A DNA stretch of 64,000 nucleotides from Kiritimatiellia bacterium (GCA_030745755.1 JASLOA010000041.1:6515-70514), one strand, 5' to 3'. Shown: positions 38,489 through 47,865, counted from the first letter of the stretch. Translations and numbers: made by a program. Notes: generated by a model from the sequence alone, not told the origin.

Positions 38489-39639
38489 AGAAGAACGAAA
38501 GCGTCCTGGTGGTCTACTCCGGCTGGCTGGGTGATCTCGTCTGGATTTTCCCCGTAATCCGCGCCCTCGGTTCGGCCTACGAGTCGGTTTCGCTGGTGGT
38601 GTCGAAAACCCAGGCCCCGCTGGCCACGGTGCTGGAGAACGGGCTGGTTGACGTCCTCTATATCGATGACTCGTCCAACCGTATGGCCACGGCGCGACAC
38701 GTAAGGCGGGCCGCACGCGCGCGTGGAACCAAGACGTTTATCGATCTGAAGGGACGCGGAAAGACCGGACTCTACATCCCGTGGGGTAGGGGACAGACCG
38801 TTCTGATCCCGCACAAGTCGGATGCTCGGGAGTATATCTTTGCCCGCATGCTGCACCCGTCGGCGGGATGTCTGCCCCCGCGCTCAACCGGTCACATGGT
38901 GGACGCTTACCTGAGCGGACTGGCCGGGCTGGGTATCGAGGATGTCCCCGTGTCGTTTGAGCTCCCCTTCGACACTGCGACGACCGAAGCCGCGGAGGCG
39001 ATTGTGGCGCGTGAGGGATTGCGTGAGCAGAAGAGTATCGCCCTGAATATCGGCTCTGCCCAGTTCAGCAAGATATGGCCGGCCGAGAATTTCCTGCGCC
39101 TGGCCGAGATCCTGGAAAGCGATCTGGACTGCAAGGTCGTGATCATGGGCGCACGTGACTTCAGTCCTAACGACAACTACGATCTGCATACGTCGGAAGC
39201 CATCTTTGAAACGGCAGCGTTCACGAATCTTATTCCGGAAACGACTTTGCCGGTTGACGCCTATCTACTGCAGTCAGGCGCTTTCTCCCTTGTGATCGGA
39301 AACGACAGCTTCGCCGGCCACATGGCCGGGTCCGCGAGCGAAGTGGAGGCAGGAACCGAGGGCGCCGTGCAGGCGGACAACGGTTGCTGGTACAAGGGCA
39401 ATCCGACGCTCTCGCTCTTTGGTCCGACCAACCCGCTGTACTGCCGTCCGTATGACCCGACGGATTCGTTCAACACGGTCGTGATGCCGGAGACCTATCC
39501 GGATATCTGCGTTTACGACCACGAATCGCATATCTGTCCCCACTACGGTGACCGCTACTGTGTGGACCGTGCCCACTGTATGGCGGAGTTGAAGGTCGAA
39601 CAAGTGGTGACCGCCGTGGAGCAGAAACTGGGAGGCTAG
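38485..39639 (+). CDS. GT9-family heptosyltransferase (second tandem paralogue) with a Cys-rich C-terminal tail
   Basis: SGWLGDLVWIFPVIRAL and IGNDSFAGHMAGS are present. The GTG start overlaps the previous gene's stop (GTGA). The C-terminal tail is CRPYDP...CVYDHESHICPHYGDRYCVDRAHC. Confidence 0.85.
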   Translation: MKKNESVLVVYSGWLGDLVWIFPVIRALGSAYESVSLVVSKTQAPLATVLENGLVDVLYIDDSSNRMATARHVRRAARARGTKTFIDLKGRGKTGLYIPWGRGQTVLIPHKSDAREYIFARMLHPSAGCLPPRSTGHMVDAYLSGLAGLGIEDVPVSFELPFDTATTEAAEAIVAREGLREQKSIALNIGSAQFSKIWPAENFLRLAEILESDLDCKVVIMGARDFSPNDNYDLHTSEAIFETAAFTNLIPETTLPVDAYLLQSGAFSLVIGNDSFAGHMAGSASEVEAGTEGAVQADNGCWYKGNPTLSLFGPTNPLYCRPYDPTDSFNTVVMPETYPDICVYDHESHICPHYGDRYCVDRAHCMAELKVEQVVTAVEQKLGG

Positions 39640-39679
39640 TGTTTTTTTGCGCAATCGAACTTTCAAGATGCGTAAGTTC

Positions 39680-39753
39680 TTGTCATTCCGAGCAACGCGA
39701 GGAATCTCATACCCATGTTGGGGAAGAGATCCCTCGGCTTCGCTCGGGATGAC
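39680..39753. repeat. family-1 palindromic element, copy 7
   Basis: TGTCATTCCGAGCAACGCGAGGAATCTC-N17-GAGATCCCTCGGCTTCGCTCGGGATGACA. Confidence 0.85.
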
Positions 39754-39806
39754 AGACGAAGTATTCACCGTGGTTCCTAGACAATACACTGGCGGATAGT
39801 CTAACT

Positions 39807-40817
39807 ATGAATACCGAACTGAATGTTGATGAACTGCTCAACCGGTTGGCATCGGTACGCGTCGGGGTTGTAGGCGATTTCTGCCTGGATGGCTATTGGG
39901 AGCTGGACGGCAGTCTCTCTGAGCGCTCAGTGGAAACGGGTTTGCCGACCCGGTCCGTTCGCAGTCAACGCTACACCCTGGGGGCCGCGGGCAACGTAGC
40001 CGCCAATCTGCGTGCCATGGGCGTGGTAAGCGTGTCGGTCTATGGTGTGACAGGGAGCGACCCCTTCGGCCGCCAGGAGCGCGAGTTGATGCGGGAGCAG
40101 GGAGTGGGTGTCCGCGGACTCGTCGAGCAGGACGAGAACTGGTTGACCCACGTCTTCATCAAACCGTTGGAAGACGGTGTTGAGGCCAGTCGCATTGATT
40201 TCGGCAACGCCAATCGGCTGACGGACGGCGTTGCCCGACGGGTCCTCGAAGAACTGGCGGGTAGCTGTGCCGACCTTGATGTGGTCATCATCAACCAGCA
40301 GGTCACAGGCGGCATCCATGAATCGGAGCTGTTCCAAGACGAGCTGCAGACTCTTATTGCGGCCAATCCCGACAAGCTGTTCCTTCTGGACAGTCGTGAC
40401 ATGTGCCGACGCTATGAGGGCACCATCCGCAAGATCAATGCGTGCGAAGCCATGCGGTTGATGGGAGCCGAGGTGGATCCGCTGGATCCGATCAGCGATG
40501 ACGCTGCCCGCGCCGCCGGTGTAAGGCTCGCGGAGGAGTGGGAGAAGCCGCTTTTTGTGACGCAGGGCAAACGCGGCTGCCTGGTGATCGATGGTGACCG
40601 CGCTGATGTCGTGCCCGCCGTGCCGGACAGGAGCCCCACTGATCCTGTGGGCGCAGGCGACAGTATGGTCGCAGGCATCGCTGCCGCCCTGGCCGCGGGC
40701 CATACGCCCTATGAAGCGGCGGCCTTCGGCAGCCTGGTGGCCGGCGTCACGGTGCAGAAGCTCCACCAGACTGGGACGGCCACGCCCGGCGAGATACGCG
40801 CGATCGCACAGGCGTGA
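39807..40817 (+). CDS. hldA: D-glycero-beta-D-manno-heptose-7-phosphate kinase (HldA / RfaE domain I, PfkB family)
   Basis: VGVVGDFCLDGYWE at the N-terminus and DPVGAGDSMVAGIAAALAAG (PfkB GAGD motif) are present. The gene follows two heptosyltransferases. Confidence 0.8.
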   Translation: MNTELNVDELLNRLASVRVGVVGDFCLDGYWELDGSLSERSVETGLPTRSVRSQRYTLGAAGNVAANLRAMGVVSVSVYGVTGSDPFGRQERELMREQGVGVRGLVEQDENWLTHVFIKPLEDGVEASRIDFGNANRLTDGVARRVLEELAGSCADLDVVIINQQVTGGIHESELFQDELQTLIAANPDKLFLLDSRDMCRRYEGTIRKINACEAMRLMGAEVDPLDPISDDAARAAGVRLAEEWEKPLFVTQGKRGCLVIDGDRADVVPAVPDRSPTDPVGAGDSMVAGIAAALAAGHTPYEAAAFGSLVAGVTVQKLHQTGTATPGEIRAIAQA

Positions 40818-40905
40818 CCCCTCTCCTGTTCCCGATCCCTGGCTGAAAAGGCAGTTGTGTTTCTCTGAAGACGGGCCATAATAATAGGAACCAGAGGTGA
40901 CGTGC

Positions 40906-41397
40906 ATGGGGATGTTGCGCATGAGTTCCAAGCGTGGTTTTACGGTGATCGAGATCATGATTGTGGTCACGATCATTGGCCTGCTGGCCACCCTGGCCGT
41001 TCCGCACTTTCGCAAGATCCGGCGTCGTGCCCGGAACGCGGTCTTCATAAACAATCTGCGCATCCTGAGCGACAGCGTGTTTGAGCAATACGCGATCGAG
41101 AATGGCGGGTACCCTGCCGATGCGCCGCCTGGTGTGATACCCGCGGGCATTCAGCCCTACATGGCCCGTCGGGTTCACTGGGAGGAAGGTACACCCATCG
41201 GAGGACAGTGGAACTGGGATCGGGGTGCGACACGTACCGACAAGATCAACGGAGTCTACGCTTCCATCGAGGCAGTGGGTGTGAGCAGAACCGCCGACCA
41301 GATGCGTGAGTTGGACGGTGAATTTGATGACGGAAATCTCCTGACGGGTATGTTTCGCCAGACGCCGACAGGATACATGCAGATAATGGAACACTAG
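40906..41397 (+). CDS. prepilin-type N-terminal cleavage/methylation domain protein (type II secretion / type IV pilus pseudopilin-like)
   Basis: MGMLRMSSKRG|FTVIEIMIVVTIIGLLATLAVP is a class III signal peptide. The ATG at 40906 has AGAGGTGA 5 nt upstream. Confidence 0.8.
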   Translation: MGMLRMSSKRGFTVIEIMIVVTIIGLLATLAVPHFRKIRRRARNAVFINNLRILSDSVFEQYAIENGGYPADAPPGVIPAGIQPYMARRVHWEEGTPIGGQWNWDRGATRTDKINGVYASIEAVGVSRTADQMRELDGEFDDGNLLTGMFRQTPTGYMQIMEH

Positions 41398-41409
41398 AGC
41401 GAGGAATCC

Positions 41410-41904
41410 ATGAGTCAGCCTTCGCAGCCGCCGGTCAAACGCAGCAACATCTTCAGCAATCCACGCGTACAGTGGCGGATCGTTCTGACGTTTTCCGCCA
41501 TCGCCCTCGTCTTCGCAGCAACGAGCTGGTACGTCAGTTTGGGGGCCATCGATGCCGTGCATAGCGAGGTGGATCGGCTCGACCTGACCTCTATCCAGGA
41601 ACGCGACCTGCATATTATTGCGCGCGAACAGCGGACCGTGCTCAATATCCAGTTGATGATTCAGACGTTTGCCGCCTTCGTGGTTCTCACGATGGCTGCC
41701 GTCGTGCTGTCGCATCACATCGGCGGGCCGCTCCACCAGCTCAGCGCCTACCTGGCTGAGGTCGTGGAAGGAGAAGTGCAGCCCCGGCGCATCGGCTTCC
41801 GTCACCACGACTTCTTCGAGGATTTGCCCGGTCTCTTCAATGCCTTCCAGGCGAAGTTCGGCATCCTCAAGGAAGAGCCCCGTGCTCCCGCCGGGGAGGA
41901 CTAA
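41410..41904 (+). CDS. hypothetical two-TM membrane protein
   Basis: 164 aa with two hydrophobic helices and a C-terminal amphipathic region. It lies 12 nt downstream of the pseudopilin gene and has no recognisable family. Confidence 0.45.
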   Translation: MSQPSQPPVKRSNIFSNPRVQWRIVLTFSAIALVFAATSWYVSLGAIDAVHSEVDRLDLTSIQERDLHIIAREQRTVLNIQLMIQTFAAFVVLTMAAVVLSHHIGGPLHQLSAYLAEVVEGEVQPRRIGFRHHDFFEDLPGLFNAFQAKFGILKEEPRAPAGED

Positions 41905-41938
41905 TGTCAACTTCTACTACTCCCAGGTAGAAATCGCT

Positions 41939-42010
41939 TGTCATTCCGAGCGAAGCGAGGAATCTCAGCTGAAATCAGAACGCTGAGATCCTTCGCTTCG
42001 CTCAGGATGA
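41939..42010. repeat. family-1 palindromic element, copy 8
   Basis: TGTCATTCCGAGCGAAGCGAGGAATCTCAG-N14-CTGAGATCCTTCGCTTCGCTCAGGATGAC. Confidence 0.85.
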
Positions 42011-42079
42011 CCGCATGCATGCATTCATACCGGTGAGTATTGGCGAGTGGTATAGGGGCGCTAGGCCCGCTTGCCAATA

Positions 42080-42976
42080 TCAACGAACGGTTGGTGATGC
42101 CGCAGACAGGGAGTGGGGCAGGGCCGGCGTAGCCGTGTCCTGGGTGCAGACAAATGCGGCGACGCGGTTGGCGTGGTCGTTGATTTCGGGAAGCGGCTTC
42201 TGATTCAGCAGCCCGATGCAGAGGGTGGCTGTGAAGGAGTCTCCTGCACCAACCGTGTTGGTGGCCTCACAAAGAATGCCGGCATGGTCGTCGGTTTCAT
42301 TCTCGGTCACAAGCAGACTGCCTGCAGATCCTCGCGTGTAGGCGATGAGCTGGAGGTCGAACATCTGGCGTAGTGCTGCGATCTGTTCGGGTGCCGTCCC
42401 GTCGATGCCGAACATGTCGGCGAGCACCGGCAACTCCTCATCACTCAGTTTCAGCACGCTAGCATGCGCCAGCGACGCCTCGATGATCTCCTTAGAGAAG
42501 AAATCCTGCCGCAGATTGACGTCAAAGATCTTCAGTGCCTCGTCGCGCATTGCTCCGAGGAACGCGTGAATAGTGCTGCGCGATACGCCATTGCGCTGCG
42601 CCAGCGACCCGAAACAGACCGCGTCGGCTTTGGTCGCCAACGTAATGAGGTCGTTTGTCAGTGGGACGTAATCCCACGCGACGCCTTCACAGATCTCGTA
42701 ACTCGGTTTGCCGCTGTTGAGCGTGACTTGAACCGTTCCGGTCGGATGCTCCTTGTCGATCATCACGAACTCATCCGGCAGGCGTTTTGCCAGCAGCACC
42801 TCGCGAATCTCGACACCCAGTGCATCCGGACCCACGGCACTCACCGGGTACCCGGTCGCGCCGAGCTGATGGCCGTGATAGCTGAAATTTACCGGCGCAC
42901 CCCCAAGACGCTTTCCTTCCGGAAACACATCCCACAGCAGCTCACCAATCCCGGCAACAGTAAAGGGCTCGTACAT
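42080..42976 (-). CDS. PfkB-family carbohydrate kinase (fructokinase/ribokinase-like)
   Basis: GIGELLWDVFPEGKRLGGAPVNF at the N-terminus and NTVGAGDSFTATLCIGLL (GAGD) at the C-terminus. Start chosen at MYEPF (42976); the longer ORF-track N-terminus is a translated MITE. Confidence 0.8.
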   Translation of the reverse strand: MYEPFTVAGIGELLWDVFPEGKRLGGAPVNFSYHGHQLGATGYPVSAVGPDALGVEIREVLLAKRLPDEFVMIDKEHPTGTVQVTLNSGKPSYEICEGVAWDYVPLTNDLITLATKADAVCFGSLAQRNGVSRSTIHAFLGAMRDEALKIFDVNLRQDFFSKEIIEASLAHASVLKLSDEELPVLADMFGIDGTAPEQIAALRQMFDLQLIAYTRGSAGSLLVTENETDDHAGILCEATNTVGAGDSFTATLCIGLLNQKPLPEINDHANRVAAFVCTQDTATPALPHSLSAASPTVR

Positions 42977-43026
42977 ATGAATTACTCTTTGCGGGCTGTT
43001 GCCCAAATCAAAAAGACGCCTGCGGC

Positions 43027-43147
43027 GAGATGTCTCGGCAAGCTCGACATGACAGTTCCTTAGAAAACTCGGTAAGGCAAGACGGGTCATCCCGCCTGCC
43101 CGCCATAGCCCAGCGGGCGACGGCGGGAGCAACGTCGAGGGATCTCC
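43027..43147. repeat. family-1 palindromic element, copy 9, with a ~40-nt GC-rich insertion splitting the forward arm
   Basis: GAGATGTCTCGGCAAGCTCGACATGACA ... GTCATCCCG[CCTGCCCGCCATAGCCCAGCGGGCGACGGCGGGAGCAAC]GTCGAGGGATCTCC. Confidence 0.75.
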
Positions 43148-43165
43148 TTTTGGGCAACACGCCCT

Positions 43166-44194
43166 CTAGTCGAGATCAATGACCACTTTAAGCGTAGTGT
43201 CGGCTTTCTCTTCAATGAACTGATAGGCTGCCTCGTACTGCTCGAATGGGAAATGGCCCGATACGAGCGGCTCGGTGACAATCGATCCATCGGCAATCCA
43301 CGCTACGGCCTGCTCGAAGTCCTCATGGCGGTACATCATTGACCCTCTGACGGTCAACTCGTGCTCGCATACGACCGACATGTCGACTCTGGGCTGTGCC
43401 TCGAACACGCCGATGCTCAGCAACGTTCCGCCCTTTCCGATGTTGGCCACGAGCGCGCTGAGACTGGCCTCGACGCCTGCCACCTCGGCGCCGATATCGA
43501 AGCCATCCGCGCCAAACTCGCGTCTGACGGCATCGACAAACGGCTCCTTGCTCACGTTGCAGGTGGCGCTAATTCCCACCTGCCTTGCCACGTCCAGCCG
43601 GTAGTCGCTGATGTCCGTGATGAGCACTGTCTTTGCGCCGCGACACATGCACGCCTGGGCCACGAAGTTGCCGATCGTTCCAGCACCCGAGACGACCACG
43701 TTCTTGCCGCTCAGATCGCCGCCCGCCTGTCCGGTCGAATGGGCGGCAACGGCCACGGGTTCCACGAATGCGCCCTGCTCCGGCTTGAAGTCGGCGGGTA
43801 AGGCGATGATCTTGTCGGCTTCCGTTACAAAGTAATCCTGCGCGCAGCCCGGCGCTTGGAATCCTCGTACCTTGAGTTCCTCGCAGGCATTATACTGTCC
43901 GCGTCGACAGGGCGGACAGATGCCGCAGACCTCCTGCGGTGTGGCCGTAACCTTGTCGCCTACCTGGATGCCTTCAACGCCATCGCCGACGGTGTCGATC
44001 ACGCCGGCGTACTCGTGCCCCTGGACTAGCGGGTAGGTCACAAACGGGTGTTTGCCGTGGAAGACATGGATGTCCGATCCGCACACGCCGATGCGCTCGA
44101 TCCGGATGCGTACCTGTCCCGGGCCGGGGTGGGGGGCGTCAACGTCGCGGAACTCGATGGTTCCGGGGGCCGTCATTACTGCTTGTCTCATCAC
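43166..44194 (-). CDS. zinc-dependent alcohol/polyol dehydrogenase (MDR family, sorbitol/threonine dehydrogenase-like)
   Basis: GVCGSDIHVFHGKHP, the GHEYAGVI zinc ligands, the CGICPPCRRGQYNAC structural zinc site and GAGTIGNFVAQ Rossmann motif are all present. Confidence 0.85.
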   Translation of the reverse strand: MMRQAVMTAPGTIEFRDVDAPHPGPGQVRIRIERIGVCGSDIHVFHGKHPFVTYPLVQGHEYAGVIDTVGDGVEGIQVGDKVTATPQEVCGICPPCRRGQYNACEELKVRGFQAPGCAQDYFVTEADKIIALPADFKPEQGAFVEPVAVAAHSTGQAGGDLSGKNVVVSGAGTIGNFVAQACMCRGAKTVLITDISDYRLDVARQVGISATCNVSKEPFVDAVRREFGADGFDIGAEVAGVEASLSALVANIGKGGTLLSIGVFEAQPRVDMSVVCEHELTVRGSMMYRHEDFEQAVAWIADGSIVTEPLVSGHFPFEQYEAAYQFIEEKADTTLKVVIDLD

Positions 44195-44211
44195 TGCTCC
44201 TGTTCCATCCG

Positions 44212-45378
44212 CTAACCTCTAAAGGTCGTCTCCAGCTGCACCCTATGATGCTGTTCCCACGATTCCTTGAATGTCGCATAGCCTTCGCGTGTTTCGAACA
44301 CCTGGCTGTCGTCCCAGAGGAGGCGCCAGTCGCCGTCGGCTTCGGGCCAGAGGAAGACCTGGCCCCAGATCAGACGGTTGTTGGCATCGATGCCGGGATG
44401 CTCGGGTGTGCCGTCGCCCGAGATGCGCAGGAGCTGGTCTGGCGAGAGAGTATCGGCAACGGCACAGAAGAGATTGTCACGGATCCAGTCCGAGCGCGTG
44501 GCCATGGCCACAAACCCGCCGCTCTTGTTCATGCGCTGTGCCGCCCACGCCAGGCAGACCTTTGGGGGCGGAACCCCAAGCTCGGCGGCGACGGCCTGTA
44601 TGGTGCGGTCCATCATGTCGGCCCGGTGCTCCTTGAACGTGTCACGTGCCGGTCGGTTGGGTGAACCCAGCGACATGTAGCCGGTACAGACAACGCCTTC
44701 CGATTCGAAATAGCGGCGCAGCTCCGTCTGCTGCATCAGGGGATGCATCTCCATCTGGTTGCAGACGGGACGCTCGTCCTTCGGCACATCGCGCAGGAGG
44801 AGCTTCATGTCTGCCTCGGTATGGTTCGAGGTGCCTATATCGACGATCTTGCCGGCCTTCTTGAGCTTTACAATTTCGGCCCAGGTTTCGAGGAAGGCTT
44901 CGTGGATATAGGGGACGGCATCGGGGTTGCGATGATCGCCCGCGCAGCCCGGGGTATGTACATTGGGCCAGGGCCAGTGGTTCAGGTAGAGATCAATCTT
45001 GTCGACGCCCAGCGCCTGCAACGTACCATCCAGTGCCGGGGCCACGTCCTTCGGGTCCATATGCCCGTTCCAGAGCTTGCCGGTGATGAACAGTTCATCG
45101 GGCGAAGCGATGTAGCCCTCGCGTATGGCCCGGCGTATGGCCTCACCCACGACATCCTCATTCTCGTAGGCCCGGGCCGTATCCAGGTGCCGCCATCCGA
45201 GTCGGATCGCTTCCGCTGTGGCCTCTTCCATGTAGTCCTGCGCCCAGTCCGAATGGAACGTCCCGAACGCCGCCACAGGCATCATGCGTCCACTCGCCAA
45301 TTCCACCTGGTGCACGGACGCCGGGTCCAACGGCTCAATGCTCTTGTCAAAACATACCGGCTCAATCTTCTGTGTCAT
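44212..45378 (-). CDS. aldo/keto reductase family oxidoreductase with a ~80 aa C-terminal extension
   Basis: HLDTARAYENE, GKLWN and the catalytic Tyr/Lys context are present. Start chosen at MTQKIEP (45378), with GAGGAGAG 5 nt upstream. Confidence 0.8.
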   Translation of the reverse strand: MTQKIEPVCFDKSIEPLDPASVHQVELASGRMMPVAAFGTFHSDWAQDYMEEATAEAIRLGWRHLDTARAYENEDVVGEAIRRAIREGYIASPDELFITGKLWNGHMDPKDVAPALDGTLQALGVDKIDLYLNHWPWPNVHTPGCAGDHRNPDAVPYIHEAFLETWAEIVKLKKAGKIVDIGTSNHTEADMKLLLRDVPKDERPVCNQMEMHPLMQQTELRRYFESEGVVCTGYMSLGSPNRPARDTFKEHRADMMDRTIQAVAAELGVPPPKVCLAWAAQRMNKSGGFVAMATRSDWIRDNLFCAVADTLSPDQLLRISGDGTPEHPGIDANNRLIWGQVFLWPEADGDWRLLWDDSQVFETREGYATFKESWEQHHRVQLETTFRG

Positions 45379-45611
45379 ATCACTCTCCTCATGATCTGAA
45401 CGCGCCACTCTACACCCTTCGCACTTACCGCTCAACTTCATCTTTGAAATACCGCGTTCATCCTGTACCCGGTCCCACACCCAAACCAACCGGAATTTCC
45501 ACCCCTCAAAAGCAAACAAAGCGGCGAAGAATCGCCGCTGGCCTCCCCATTGCTGACTTTGCAGACGTGGAGTGAGCTGATACAGTCAGAAGCAAATGGA
45601 GATGTGATCAA

Positions 45612-46595
45612 ATGAGAAAATCGACGGTATGGCTCGTACTGGTGGCCTTGTGCAGTGGAATCTGCGTGACAGACGCGGTCGCCTGTACGAAGCCGGTGTT
45701 CCGCTATGCCCTGGAGCGTTGGCGTGCAGCGCCGTACGGGCTGGCCGTCCTTCACAAGGGGGAACTCGACAGGGCTGCCAGGGACGAGATTTCGTCCATT
45801 GTTCCCGAGGACGCCTACAACTGGTCCGTCGCTTACGGCAACGTTGATGGAGAGCTTCCGGCGGGGGTGATCAAAGCAGCCTGGGATGCCAACCCCGATG
45901 CCGCACGCCTGCCTCTGGGGTTCGTGCAGATACCGCGCGGCGGCGGCACGGAAACGAAGCCTGTCTGGACGGGAACGCTGGATAGCGCCGGTTTGGCCAG
46001 GCTGAAGGCGTTGGTTTACTCGCCCACGGTATTGAGCGTGATTCGCTCGATCTGCAGCGGCGACACCGCCGTCTGGCTGATCCTTGACAGCCCCGACAAG
46101 AAAGCAACCAGGACGTTTACCAAGACGCTTGAGAAGAAGCTCGCTGCTCTGCAGAAGGAGCTCAAGCTCCCTCACGAGTTGGATCCCCTTGATTCCGCGT
46201 ACGATGATGACCTGGCGCCGGGTATCCCGATGAAGCTCGAGTTCTCCATCCAAAATGTTGACCTCAAGGCTCCGGAGACGGCCCTGCTGAACGCGTGCTT
46301 GAGCGCATGGGCTCCCAAGTTGATGTCGATGGAAGAGCCGCTTGCTGTTCCCGTATTCGGTCGCGGCAGAGCCCTGGCGGTCTTTACCCCCGACGAGCTG
46401 ACCGACGAGGTGCTCGCGGAGGTCTGCCAGTTCCTGGTCGGGCCTTGCTCCTGCAAGGTCAAGGCGTTGAATCCCGGGTTTGATCTTGTCATGCCGTTTG
46501 CCTGGGAGCGGGCGCTCTTGGATGAGTCATACGACGTGGATGCCGTCATCAAGAGCCTGGCTACGACCGGCGCAGAGAGCGCTAAAGGAAAATAG
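45612..46595 (+). CDS. hypothetical secreted protein (N-terminal signal peptide), first gene of the 10-gene operon
   Basis: MRKSTVWLVLVALCSGICVTDAVAC is a signal peptide. The protein is 327 aa with no recognisable family, and ends 5 nt before the FtsX-like permease gene. Confidence 0.5.
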   Translation: MRKSTVWLVLVALCSGICVTDAVACTKPVFRYALERWRAAPYGLAVLHKGELDRAARDEISSIVPEDAYNWSVAYGNVDGELPAGVIKAAWDANPDAARLPLGFVQIPRGGGTETKPVWTGTLDSAGLARLKALVYSPTVLSVIRSICSGDTAVWLILDSPDKKATRTFTKTLEKKLAALQKELKLPHELDPLDSAYDDDLAPGIPMKLEFSIQNVDLKAPETALLNACLSAWAPKLMSMEEPLAVPVFGRGRALAVFTPDELTDEVLAEVCQFLVGPCSCKVKALNPGFDLVMPFAWERALLDESYDVDAVIKSLATTGAESAKGK

Positions 46596-46600
46596 CAACG

Positions 46601-47863
46601 GTGAAGGTCAGGATATCCCATCTCTTCTGGCGTGAATTGACGTTCCGTTCTGGCGCGTTCCTGCTTGGCCTCGTCGGGGTTGCCGCCATGGCCGCCTGCC
46701 TCACGGGCGCGCGGGCTTTTCTGAAGGCGCACGATGCCGAAACCGAGAAGCTTACCGGTGCCCTGGAGGAACGCTCCACCGAGCGCATGACAGAATTGCG
46801 CGATGCGGCCAGGAAGTTCTCCAAGAACCTGGGGTTCAACTGCATGTTGCTTCCCCCGAAGCAGCGCCTCGGGGATCTCTACGCCACGGGCCGAAGCACG
46901 CAGTTCTTTGCCGAAGCCGATGTGGCTGCGATGGTCGATGCACAGTCAGCGACCCTGAACCACATGAGGCCGATTCTCCGTGAACGTGTGTCCTGGCCGG
47001 AGCAGCAGCGTGACATCATCCTGGTAGGGGTACGTGGCGAGGTCTACATCAAGGCGCCTCGATGGCAGAAGCCCATCGAAGAGGCCATCGATCACGACAA
47101 GGCGCATCTCGGGTTTGCGCTTGCCCGGGAACTTGAGCTGAAGCCGGGTGGGTCCCTGAAGCTCATGGGCCGTACCTTCACGGTTGAACACATTCTACCG
47201 CAGGCAGGCGGTGAGGATGATATCGCGGTGCGTGTCAGCCTTGAGACCGCGCAGGAGCTTCTCGATAAGCGTAACAAGATCAGTGCTGTGCTGGCACTCA
47301 TGTGCAATTGCGCCAATGGCGACCCGGACATTGTCCGCCGCGAGATGAACAAATACATCCCCGGGATCCAGGTGGTTGATTTCACCGTGCGTGCGCGGGC
47401 GCGCCAGACCGCACGGAGCGCCATTGCGGAGGGGACTGCCGCCGAGGTGAACGATATCAAGGAAAGCCGCGCAGCACTTCGAACGCAGATCGCCGGTTTC
47501 TCCCGCGTGCTCGTGGGACTGGTAACCGTGGGGACCGTGCTGCTTCTCAGCGTGCTGACCCTCAACAATGCCCGCGAAAGACGCGGCGAGGTCGCGATGC
47601 TGCGTGCGCTCGGTGTCCGCGCCTGCGGCATCCTGGGCCTGTTCCTGATGAAAGCACTTCTCGTTGGTGCCGTCGGCGGGATCATCGGCTGCGTCGTCGG
47701 AGCCTTCGGAACCCGGCTGATTGCGGGAGAGGGGGCACGCATCTCGTTGGTCTATGGTGGCGGCGTGTTTGCCGTGACCGTAGGGATTGCCCTTGTTGCT
47801 ACGCTGGTTCCGGCTGCCCGCTCTGCCGCGGAGGATCCGGCCGGGATTCTTAACCAGGAGTAG
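46601..47863 (+). CDS. FtsX-like ABC transporter permease (MacB/LolCE-type: 4 TM with a large periplasmic domain)
   Basis: TM1, then a ~250 aa periplasmic domain containing a coiled-coil stretch, then 3 C-terminal TM helices (..LRALGVRACGILGLFLMKALLVGAVGG..). GTG start. Confidence 0.7.
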   Translation: MKVRISHLFWRELTFRSGAFLLGLVGVAAMAACLTGARAFLKAHDAETEKLTGALEERSTERMTELRDAARKFSKNLGFNCMLLPPKQRLGDLYATGRSTQFFAEADVAAMVDAQSATLNHMRPILRERVSWPEQQRDIILVGVRGEVYIKAPRWQKPIEEAIDHDKAHLGFALARELELKPGGSLKLMGRTFTVEHILPQAGGEDDIAVRVSLETAQELLDKRNKISAVLALMCNCANGDPDIVRREMNKYIPGIQVVDFTVRARARQTARSAIAEGTAAEVNDIKESRAALRTQIAGFSRVLVGLVTVGTVLLLSVLTLNNARERRGEVAMLRALGVRACGILGLFLMKALLVGAVGGIIGCVVGAFGTRLIAGEGARISLVYGGGVFAVTVGIALVATLVPAARSAAEDPAGILNQE

Positions 47864-47865
47864 CT

